64,000 nucleotides of DNA, taken from positions 128,001-192,000 of the IMG/VR virus record IMGVR_UViG_3300028886_000036; one strand, written 5' to 3'. This DNA is from a virus (Duplodnaviria; Caudoviricetes). The position numbers and the translations under genes are program-made. This document shows positions 50,071 through 58,275 of the stretch, in pieces (the first letter of the stretch is position 1; the number at the start of each line of letters is the position of its first letter). The notes under the pieces are model-generated. The model did not search any database. It was not told where the DNA came from and was given only the letters and a program-made list of their open reading frames with translations.

Positions 50071-50712
50071 TTATTTCTCTTTCAACGCATCTGTGACTGC
50101 ATTACGGACCACTCCATAAACCTCGGGGTATTGTGAGTTAATGCTATCTGTAACAACTCTTTGAAGCTGTTCACCAACTGCTTTAGTAACAATTTTTTGC
50201 ATTTCAGAATAGATTAGATGACTGGTCATATGAACCCATTCATCACAGAAAAGCTTAATCTGATCAGTGAACTGTTCTACTTCATCAGCATCTCTAAACT
50301 TATAGATCTGCTTACTGGATTTACCTTCAAAACTATCACTAAGATACAACACATATGCAGGAAGACCATCTTTTTCAAGAACTCCAAAGGCAAACTGCAT
50401 TGTATGATTAGTTACAGCATTAGTATATGTACAAGAGAATTGTTTAGTAGCAGTATCTGGATTATTTTTATACTGTTGCACAATATCATTAACTGCTTTA
50501 TAAAATACTTCAGCATTCCTATAATTAGGATTTCCATCTTTAGTAGTCTTATAAGCATTCTTATACAATACAACAGCAATACCATTTTTAGTATCAAAAG
50601 CGCCTGTATCGGTTCTTGGAGCTGAACCAATACGGACTCGATCATTACCATTTTCATCCAAAGCAAAATTCAAATACATGCTATGCGTTTTGTTGTTATA
50701 ATAAGTATTCAT
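50071..50712 (-). CDS. Possible second Whirly/PC4-fold nucleic-acid-binding protein
   Basis: VRIGSAPRTDTGAFDTKNGIAVVL resembles the Whirly AP..YDW..K..F motif. Confidence 0.35.
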   Translation of the reverse strand: MNTYYNNKTHSMYLNFALDENGNDRVRIGSAPRTDTGAFDTKNGIAVVLYKNAYKTTKDGNPNYRNAEVFYKAVNDIVQQYKNNPDTATKQFSCTYTNAVTNHTMQFAFGVLEKDGLPAYVLYLSDSFEGKSSKQIYKFRDADEVEQFTDQIKLFCDEWVHMTSHLIYSEMQKIVTKAVGEQLQRVVTDSINSQYPEVYGVVRNAVTDALKEK

Positions 50713-51149
50713 CTGGTTAAAATACTTCCTTTCAGATATTCTCCATAAATAGCATAAATTAATTCGCCCTTAAAAACCATATCTTCATTAGTAGCACAGC
50801 ATACCATCCATCTATGCTGATAAGATCCATCTCCACAATCGCATATACTACAACTTGCTCTTAAGTGGGCAGGTGGATTAAACCTAGACACAGTATAAAT
50901 TGCTCGTCTAATATCATTAGAAGCAGGTATCTTGTCAACAGTACAATTAAACTCGAAGTATTCGGTGTCATATGGATTGTTAATATAACGACCAAACAAC
51001 ACACGATCAACTTCTTTTTGACCTTTTCGAACTAGTTCAGGTCTGTTAAATTTAGTACGATAGTCTCTAATAAATTTACGACTCTTTCTACCATACTTGT
51101 TATAAAGATAGGCTCCTACTCCAGCAAGACCAAGCAATTCGATAATCAT
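50709..51149 (-). CDS. Hypothetical protein with N-terminal membrane anchor
   Basis: LLGLAGVGAYLY followed by basic residues. Confidence 0.55.
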   Translation of the reverse strand: MIIELLGLAGVGAYLYNKYGRKSRKFIRDYRTKFNRPELVRKGQKEVDRVLFGRYINNPYDTEYFEFNCTVDKIPASNDIRRAIYTVSRFNPPAHLRASCSICDCGDGSYQHRWMVCCATNEDMVFKGELIYAIYGEYLKGSILTR

Positions 51150-51164
51150 ACTTTAACTCTCCTT

Positions 51165-51186
51165 AACTACAATATTAATTACAATA
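51165..51186. repeat. Two AA(C/T)TACAATA copies with a 12-bp period
   Basis: aactacaata-tt-aattacaata, same unit as the 10.9-11.1 kb array. Confidence 0.55.
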
Positions 51187-51192
51187 GACTAA

Positions 51193-52176
51193 CTAACTCT
51201 GATGCTTATATTCTGTAAAATAGTTTCTAATAGTATCAAGCATTTTACTTCTGTCATACGATGGAATATTCGCTATAGATGCCGCTTTGGCATGGCCTCC
51301 GCCTCCGTACTGTTCACTAAACTTACTTAAATCAATATCATCATAAGTAGTTCTAAGTGAAAATACTGTCCCCCCATCTTTTTCGTTAGTTAGAACATAG
51401 CACACATTTTTAATTTCTGGGTGCTGTTCCTCTAAAAACCAAGATATCTCAAACATAGGAATATTCTCTTCTGACACTAACATCACAAATGCAGTGTCAC
51501 CTACATATGAGATACATCGGTCAATAGCGTAGTTAAGTTTACTTTGAACTAATTTATTATAAGTATTTAAAGACGCATCACACCACACTGGTAAATAATC
51601 ATTTCTAATTGGATCATTCACACAGTAGTTAGTTATTTTGGAAAGTCTATCATTGAACTTAATGTATTTGTTTCTGGGATCTTGAAATACTATACAGTCA
51701 TATACTCTTTGAAGATCCCTAGCAATTGGAGACTTCTCAAAGTGCCAGGTGTCGTAAGCACTAACCGCTTCAACAAAATCTGCATATTGAACTAACTTGG
51801 GACATTCGTCTTTAAACAATTCATAGAATATTTTTGTAGCAGATATTTCCTCATTGATATGTTTTTCTACTTTATCGTTGTATGTAGTAGCATCCCTAGA
51901 GGTAATGTGATGATCTATCAGCTTTACGTGCATATCACCAACAGAATCTTTTATTTCGCTCCAGATCAAATCAGATAAAGATATATCTGCCAAATACAAC
52001 CATTCAGCATTTTTTATACAACTTAACGCTTTATTAACTGTATCTGAAATATAATACTTACCTCTATTGTACGAAGCATAATGAATCCACTGGAACTTCA
52101 ATAGCTTGCCTATTACTGCACAACCTATTCCATCCAAGTCATTATGCGTAACTAAGATGTTATTATTATAATACAA
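51193..52176 (-). CDS. DHH/DHHA1 phosphoesterase
   Basis: THNDLDG, LADIS, IDHH, SLRT, GGGGHAKAA. Confidence 0.88.
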   Translation of the reverse strand: MYYNNNILVTHNDLDGIGCAVIGKLLKFQWIHYASYNRGKYYISDTVNKALSCIKNAEWLYLADISLSDLIWSEIKDSVGDMHVKLIDHHITSRDATTYNDKVEKHINEEISATKIFYELFKDECPKLVQYADFVEAVSAYDTWHFEKSPIARDLQRVYDCIVFQDPRNKYIKFNDRLSKITNYCVNDPIRNDYLPVWCDASLNTYNKLVQSKLNYAIDRCISYVGDTAFVMLVSEENIPMFEISWFLEEQHPEIKNVCYVLTNEKDGGTVFSLRTTYDDIDLSKFSEQYGGGGHAKAASIANIPSYDRSKMLDTIRNYFTEYKHQS

Positions 52177-52213
52177 ATTAACAACATCCTTTCTATACTT
52201 TAAGATATTTATT

Positions 52214-52241
52214 ATTATACACTATATGTTCTAAAAGTCAA
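52214..52241 (-). promoter_or_regulatory. sigmaA-type promoter
   Basis: TTGACT-16nt-TATAAT. Confidence 0.65.
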
Positions 52242-52247
52242 GTATAG

Positions 52248-52751
52248 TTAGACATGATAGTCATAACATTTATATACTTCATATTCAAGTTTACTTATTT
52301 TATCTCTAATCATTCTTCTATACAATCCTCTAGCAAAGTCCATCATATCATACATTCCAAAATACGATGTAAGCACTTTTGGATGATCTGGCTGAATGAT
52401 TAACTGCAAAGAATATAGATTATCTGTAAATTTATCAATAGGCTTATTCTCTTGTATAAAACTATTAATTTCTCTAATTCTACCATATAAGTATTTTACA
52501 ACACCTTTAAGTGTAAGTGTAACAACTTTAGTGTTTTTATCAAACTTAAAGTTTTCAGGGAAATAATTCCTAAGAATATCTACTGCAATATCTATACTAG
52601 TTTCATCATAGTAATCTATATCATACCTTTCACTTAAATTAATATCATCAGACTCCCAATAATTACTTACAGTATTATCAATATCATCAATACTTTCACT
52701 AGGCGATTTCAGCACAATCATTTTACTATGCATATAAAGCACTCCTTCCAA
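52248..52751 (-). CDS. Hypothetical protein
   Basis: ORF directly downstream of the promoter motif. Confidence 0.55.
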   Translation of the reverse strand: MEGVLYMHSKMIVLKSPSESIDDIDNTVSNYWESDDINLSERYDIDYYDETSIDIAVDILRNYFPENFKFDKNTKVVTLTLKGVVKYLYGRIREINSFIQENKPIDKFTDNLYSLQLIIQPDHPKVLTSYFGMYDMMDFARGLYRRMIRDKISKLEYEVYKCYDYHV

Positions 52752-52776
52752 GACTATAGACTTTCCTAAACACTAA

Positions 52777-52793
52777 TAGTATATATTTATAAA
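52777..52793 (-). promoter_or_regulatory. Putative phage-RNAP promoter motif
   Basis: TTTATAAATATATACTA. Confidence 0.6.
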
Positions 52794-52836
52794 AATCAGG
52801 ATACTAGGACAACTTAATGCTCCCAGTATCCTGATT
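52794..52836 (-). terminator. Intrinsic terminator abutting the promoter motif
   Basis: aatcaggatact...agtatcctgatt. Confidence 0.75.
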
Positions 52837-52839
52837 AAA

Positions 52840-54387
52840 TTACTTTAACAGAACTACAGCTTTAACAAAGCCAGCTCTTTGTGTTGGATAAACTGATCCT
52901 ATAATGATTCCGTTAAATCCCTTATCTCTATCAAAGACGTTATCATATAAAGTAAACGCATTATCTCCTTCTGTAGATGCAATTACTTTTCTACCAATTA
53001 ACTTATGAAGATCTGCTGAAGATGTTTTTATATAACAAGTCTTTTTACCAGTTAATGCAACTAGCACTTTATTATTGGATTTTATACTTCCACAAATCAC
53101 AGCAGGATTAGTAGTGACAACTCCAATATAGCTAACTGGATCATATGCCATCGGCCTAATTAATCCATCTGAACAGATGCCTACTAAATCTCCATCAGAA
53201 TACTGAAGATCCGGATCTGATTCAAACTCTTCAGCAATATCATTTCCACCACCAGTGTTAATAGTAAATGCCAAGTTGTCATTAATGTTAAACTTATAAG
53301 TCTTATCTTCAGGAATATTGAACACTACATTGCGATCATCATCATATGTAATATCCAAATTATTAATAGTAAACTTTTCTGTGCCAAAAGTAATAGACTT
53401 ACCTGTTCTATTAGCAAGCTTTTCAATAGCAGTTGGGGCTAATGTGCAATCAATATCAACATTTTCAAAATCCTTAAATCTGGCAGTTCCTGAAATATCT
53501 CCAACTAAATTAACATTATAATCTCTAGCAAAGATATAAGTATTTTCTTCACCAGTTTCTGCATTAAATTCAGTTTTAAAATTAATACCATATGGAGAAC
53601 TGTTCTCAATTATACGGGTAAAGTTTTCTGTAAAGTTGTTTTTAGTAATCAAATCATCAAAGGTAATTTGCTTTCCTAATTCAGGAGTTTCCAAAGATTC
53701 AGCTTTAGTTGCAACTGCAGCCCTTTTAACTTCAATATCACTTAACGGAACCCATCTTGGTCTTTCATCCATACTAGTAGCAACTACTATTGATGGATAT
53801 TCAGCTACATTCTTTACAGAGATAGCACCTGGTTCAGTAGAAGTATAATTACCAACTAATTCAGCTAAATCAAATCTAAGCTTATTAGCTAAAGCTTTAC
53901 TATCAATATTAATATTAACTTGTGTAGTGCCTTTAGCAATTTCGGTATCATCTACTTTAACAAAGTCATTACTAAACTTTAACCCAAAGTATGATCCAGG
54001 TCCATTAGCTAAAATCTGATGAGAATTATTATTACTATCTTTAACTATAATCCTAGTAAATGCTTTTGGATCAATATAATACTTCTTATCAATATCACCA
54101 TCAGCATTAGTTGGTTCAGTATAAATAGCCTCATATAACCCAGGCTGTTCTGCTTCTAAAAAGGATCTCTTTTCTGTAGGAATATTAATAGTCCAAACAT
54201 TTGAAGATACTTCATTGAAGTTTTCATTCTCTACAAAGCCACAATTAGTACCTTTATAAAAGATATCAAATCGTGTGGTATACATATGCCTAGGAACAAT
54301 ATAATGACTATATTCGTCACCAAATGTAAACTCCATTTGACGAAGATATTCAACTACATCTTCTTTCTTTTTAAAAATATATGCCAA
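52840..54387 (-). CDS. Tail fibre/appendage-like protein with C-terminal peptidase-G2-like intramolecular chaperone
   Basis: NDIAEEF...GDLV...IGVVTTNPAVI...VLVALTGK. Confidence 0.55.
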   Translation of the reverse strand: MAYIFKKKEDVVEYLRQMEFTFGDEYSHYIVPRHMYTTRFDIFYKGTNCGFVENENFNEVSSNVWTINIPTEKRSFLEAEQPGLYEAIYTEPTNADGDIDKKYYIDPKAFTRIIVKDSNNNSHQILANGPGSYFGLKFSNDFVKVDDTEIAKGTTQVNINIDSKALANKLRFDLAELVGNYTSTEPGAISVKNVAEYPSIVVATSMDERPRWVPLSDIEVKRAAVATKAESLETPELGKQITFDDLITKNNFTENFTRIIENSSPYGINFKTEFNAETGEENTYIFARDYNVNLVGDISGTARFKDFENVDIDCTLAPTAIEKLANRTGKSITFGTEKFTINNLDITYDDDRNVVFNIPEDKTYKFNINDNLAFTINTGGGNDIAEEFESDPDLQYSDGDLVGICSDGLIRPMAYDPVSYIGVVTTNPAVICGSIKSNNKVLVALTGKKTCYIKTSSADLHKLIGRKVIASTEGDNAFTLYDNVFDRDKGFNGIIIGSVYPTQRAGFVKAVVLLK

Positions 54388-54403
54388 TTAAATCAATCCC
54401 TTT

Positions 54404-54925
54404 CTAAAAAGAAATCTGAATCCTGTCAAGCTCTTCAATGCTTCCAGCATTATTAATAGCAATCTGATACTGCTTTAATTGCATGTATACACTAAACTGC
54501 TTATCAAGCATAGCATGATACACCTTATCAACAGTCTCTCTACTTAGATTCATATAAACATTATCATCAACATCAACTAATACACCATTCTCTAACGAAG
54601 CATCTGTCATTCTATCCAACATAGCTCTAACCATTAACAAATCCTTTTCTGCAAATAACATCTTAATAGTAAGTTCATCATTAAGTTTTATTGGAACACT
54701 ACCACTAAGTACCTCTTCATACTTATTCTGTAATTGCTTAAGCATCTTAGCTCTAGTACCTTCAAGAGTTTCAGTTTCAATTTCTTCATCAAGAGCGACT
54801 CCTCTCGACATCAACATATCATCAGTTATAACTTTAGGAAATGAAACATTCTTAAATACTCTTCTAAATTCATTAGGGTCTGTATATGTTTGACCTTTAT
54901 ATTTATAAACTTTTATAAGAATCAC
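54404..54925 (-). CDS. Tail fibre assembly chaperone (DUF4376-like)
   Basis: C-terminal INNAGSIEELDRIQISF; adjacent to fibre gene. Confidence 0.6.
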   Translation of the reverse strand: MILIKVYKYKGQTYTDPNEFRRVFKNVSFPKVITDDMLMSRGVALDEEIETETLEGTRAKMLKQLQNKYEEVLSGSVPIKLNDELTIKMLFAEKDLLMVRAMLDRMTDASLENGVLVDVDDNVYMNLSRETVDKVYHAMLDKQFSVYMQLKQYQIAINNAGSIEELDRIQISF

Positions 54926-55021
54926 CTTCTTTTAAATAAGTTTTATTATAACGTGGTTATCATAGTCCTCAATAATACTGTCGTCAACACCAGTATTAAT
55001 TGTATAAGTATATATAGTATT

Positions 55022-55963
55022 CTAAGAATTGTATACTACAGACACTTGCCCATTAGATCTAGTAATAGTATAGTTTTCAACCGCTTCAATCCTAGATGCT
55101 ATTGATGACCAATTTGAAGCTGTTTGATATGTGCTTAATAATGACTGCGGTACTAATATTTTACAAGTACTATTAAGGCTGCCACAGCTGGAATCAATCA
55201 TGTTAAAAAACGGACCATCTATTATAATATACTGTAAGCTTGTACAACTTGAAAACATATATTCCATAGCATCTGAAGCAACTACTGATTGAGATGTCCA
55301 TCCAGATAAATCAATTACTTGTAAATTATTAGATCCTTGGAATAGACTCTCCATAAATTGCACATTAGAAGTATCTAATCCAGATAAATCTATTGAAGTC
55401 AACGCCTTACACCCATAAACTAAATATCTTAAATTTATACATGCACTAGTATCAATACTATTAAGATCTACAGAAGTTAATGCCTTACAATCCTCTAATA
55501 AACCAACTAGTCTATCAGGTCTAATAGAACTTAAATAACTGACTGCTTCTTGAGGTAACTGAGTCATAGTCTGATAATCATTAGGATAGGTTTTCTTAAT
55601 GTATCTCATTGTAAAGTTAGATACTAATGGTTTAACTACGGAAAAACTACTATTAACAGTAGCATTATAAAAATCTGAATCTCCAGAATATTTGATTATA
55701 ACTTCTTTATACCCAATATCTAAATTAGATACAGTAAATATTGTAGATTCTGTAAGAGATCTTCTCTCATAATATTCATCGTCATTAATGTATATATCAA
55801 GATATCCAGTAGCTTCTGAATTTATAGAAACAGTTATAACTACATTGGATCCAAACGCTATTTCAGATCCAGATACAGATACAGATAGATTACTCTGCTT
55901 CAATGGATGAAACAAGTTTCTATACACTACTGGTATACTAAAGATTGGTCTAAATCTTTTCAT
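55022..55963 (-). CDS. Ig-like domain + BspA/DUF285-type LRR protein
   Basis: YSGDSDFYNA Ig strand; CKALTSIDLSGLDTSNV repeats; VPQSLLSTYQTASNWS cap. Confidence 0.75.
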   Translation of the reverse strand: MKRFRPIFSIPVVYRNLFHPLKQSNLSVSVSGSEIAFGSNVVITVSINSEATGYLDIYINDDEYYERRSLTESTIFTVSNLDIGYKEVIIKYSGDSDFYNATVNSSFSVVKPLVSNFTMRYIKKTYPNDYQTMTQLPQEAVSYLSSIRPDRLVGLLEDCKALTSVDLNSIDTSACINLRYLVYGCKALTSIDLSGLDTSNVQFMESLFQGSNNLQVIDLSGWTSQSVVASDAMEYMFSSCTSLQYIIIDGPFFNMIDSSCGSLNSTCKILVPQSLLSTYQTASNWSSIASRIEAVENYTITRSNGQVSVVYNS

Positions 55964-55991
55964 TGTATTATATCACTTCCATTGAATGTAT

Positions 55992-56465
55992 CTATAAATC
56001 AAAATAAATAGTTGCGTTTGTGGCTCTAAAATTATTACTATATCCAGTTGTTGATTGTATAACAGATTTTGCATCAGCTCTAAAATGAATAGCTGTTATA
56101 GTATACGTATTACGAAACATCTGATCTAGTCCGCTACTACCAACACTAACTAACTTTGGAAATGACATACTTGTTATACTAGTGCAATTACTAAACGCGT
56201 AATATAATCCATAATCTCCTACGCTTGATAGCTTAGGAAATGATACCGCAGTAATACCTGTGCACCCACTAAAAGCGAATGATAACCCATTACTGCCAAC
56301 AGTAGTTAATTCAGGGAACGACACAGTTCCAGTTATGCCAGTACATGAATTAAAAACATTATATAAACCATAAGCATCTATTGTTTTAATATCGCTAAAT
56401 GTTAAATTATTATAGCTTGCTGTTTTTAGAATTGTATTTTCAATTTTAAAACTAGGATATAGCAT
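55992..56465 (-). CDS. BspA-like LRR protein (short)
   Basis: SFPxLxxVGxxGLxxAFxxCTxIT repeats; ends ATNATIYFDL. Confidence 0.75.
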   Translation of the reverse strand: MLYPSFKIENTILKTASYNNLTFSDIKTIDAYGLYNVFNSCTGITGTVSFPELTTVGSNGLSFAFSGCTGITAVSFPKLSSVGDYGLYYAFSNCTSITSMSFPKLVSVGSSGLDQMFRNTYTITAIHFRADAKSVIQSTTGYSNNFRATNATIYFDL

Positions 56466-56479
56466 TAGTCATTACCTCA

Positions 56480-57370
56480 CTACAAATCAAAGTAAATAGT
56501 AGCATTAGTTGCACCAAACTTATTACTATAACCATTAGAAGCTTCTATAACAGATCGAGAACTAGATTTAAAATGCAATGCAGTTATTTTAGTACAACCA
56601 TAAAACATATCTCCAAGCCCGTCAGAACCTACAGTAGTTAATTTAGGAAATGATATACTGCCAGTTATCCCTTTGCAATTATAAAAAGCCTGATATAACC
56701 CATCAGTATCAACACTAGTTAATTTAGGGAACGAAACACTAGTAATTCCATTATTACCACTAGTTGAACATGAAAACGCTGATTGCATCCCTGCACTGCC
56801 AATAGTAGTAAGCTCCGAAAACGGTATAGCACCAGATATATTAATACAACCACCAAATGTACTAGATAAACCATATTCAGCAATTGTTTCTAATTTAGCA
56901 AATGAAACACTAGTAATACTAGTGCATCCATAAAATGTATTATTAAGTCCAGCCTTGCCTACACTACTTAAATTTGGGAATTCTGCTGCCGTAATTCCAG
57001 TGCATCCTTCAAATCCATAGCTTAAACCATATTGACCAATAGTAACTAATTTAGGAAAAGACATGTTACCAGTTATTCCTGTACAATTATAAAACGCTTG
57101 ATATAATCCCGAGTCGTTAATAGTAGTTAATTCTGGGAAAGAAACCTTAGTTAGACCAGTGCAGTTATAAAATTTATTACGCAATCCGTTAGCACTTATT
57201 TCAGTAACATTATTAAATACTCCTTTTAATGAAAAAGTATATGTGCAAATGGCATTACCATTAGAAGTCACAAAATATCTTGTTGTTCCTATCGGTTCCC
57301 CAGTGCTATACATTAAAAGACTTTTATTAAACAGTATAATCACCTTCTTTAAACTCATAGTAGGAGTCAT
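56480..57370 (-). CDS. BspA-like LRR protein (long), paralog of 55992-56465
   Basis: About 8 LRR repeats; ends ATNATIYFDL; start uncertain. Confidence 0.75.
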   Translation of the reverse strand: MTPTMSLKKVIILFNKSLLMYSTGEPIGTTRYFVTSNGNAICTYTFSLKGVFNNVTEISANGLRNKFYNCTGLTKVSFPELTTINDSGLYQAFYNCTGITGNMSFPKLVTIGQYGLSYGFEGCTGITAAEFPNLSSVGKAGLNNTFYGCTSITSVSFAKLETIAEYGLSSTFGGCINISGAIPFSELTTIGSAGMQSAFSCSTSGNNGITSVSFPKLTSVDTDGLYQAFYNCKGITGSISFPKLTTVGSDGLGDMFYGCTKITALHFKSSSRSVIEASNGYSNKFGATNATIYFDL

Positions 57371-57527
57371 CTATGTTTTTAACTAGCATTATAGACCCAT
57401 TCAAATCAATACTAGTTTCTTCATTACATTCTAATCTAAGTATCTTTAGTAATGCATCTTCTCCATAGTTTTTAAGAAAAGTTCTAGCATTACTATCTAT
57501 ATATACTCTAAAAGAAGTATCTAACAT
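57327..57527 (-). CDS. Hypothetical protein
   Basis: Coupled ORF. Confidence 0.5.
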   Translation of the reverse strand: MLDTSFRVYIDSNARTFLKNYGEDALLKILRLECNEETSIDLNGSIMLVKNIDDSYYEFKEGDYTV

Positions 57528-57529
57528 AT

Positions 57530-57793
57530 TTATTTGTTTTGATTAAGAAGCACTTTAAAGAGTTCATCTTTAAACTCATCAAAATCTTTAATCAACTTAG
57601 ATCTTAAATTGGGATTATAGCTCTTTTTCCAATCTATACGATTCAACATCATAAAGTAATGAGCTTCTATTAAATTAAGCATATTCATCAAGTTATCAGT
57701 ATCATAACCTTCTATATCATTATTCACGGTTTCATTATGAATTGCCCCAGCTGCACAAGCTAACGTTGCACCAGCAATCACAGGTATAGTCAT
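57530..57793 (-). CDS. Hypothetical protein
   Basis: Coupled ORF. Confidence 0.5.
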   Translation of the reverse strand: MTIPVIAGATLACAAGAIHNETVNNDIEGYDTDNLMNMLNLIEAHYFMMLNRIDWKKSYNPNLRSKLIKDFDEFKDELFKVLLNQNK

Positions 57794-57795
57794 AA

Positions 57796-58275
57796 TTAAG
57801 ATACCTTCTTTCCATATTGATTATCAGAAACTAAATACACTCCTAATACTTCATCCCAATGTTTTTCTTGATTTGGCTTAAATCTACCAAACTTAAATAT
57901 AATATTACTATATTTTTTATAGTTATCTAAATCACCAATCTCATCTTCATAATAACCTGTATATATTACAAAGTCATCATTACAACCTTTATCTCTAAAA
58001 TACTCTATCAAACTAATAACTTCATCTTCTTGTAAAATTGGTTCTAATCCACCAATCACTATAGCAGAAGTAATAGGATTATTAATGTATCTCCTATATA
58101 TTTGTTCATTTGATAACTCATGCATTTTAGAGTTGTGAAGCTGGTAATTCTGACAGACTTCACGAGAAATACCAGCTTCATCACAACATTTCCAATTACA
58201 ATAGCAAGTTCCAATAAACATGGAAGGCTTCTTGTAATTGACAAAATCTTCATCTTTTAGATTTGAGATTCTCAA
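57796..58275 (-). CDS. nrdG: Anaerobic RNR activase-like radical SAM protein
   Basis: CxxxC-type CYCNWKC, GGLEP, YTGY, KFGRF, SDNQ; follows nrdD. Confidence 0.85.
   Translation of the reverse strand: MRISNLKDEDFVNYKKPSMFIGTCYCNWKCCDEAGISREVCQNYQLHNSKMHELSNEQIYRRYINNPITSAIVIGGLEPILQEDEVISLIEYFRDKGCNDDFVIYTGYYEDEIGDLDNYKKYSNIIFKFGRFKPNQEKHWDEVLGVYLVSDNQYGKKVS

Noticed and set aside
55992-57370. DGR template/variable repeat pair
   Set aside because: Differences between the paralogs are not adenine-specific, both are coding, and there is no reverse transcriptase in the window
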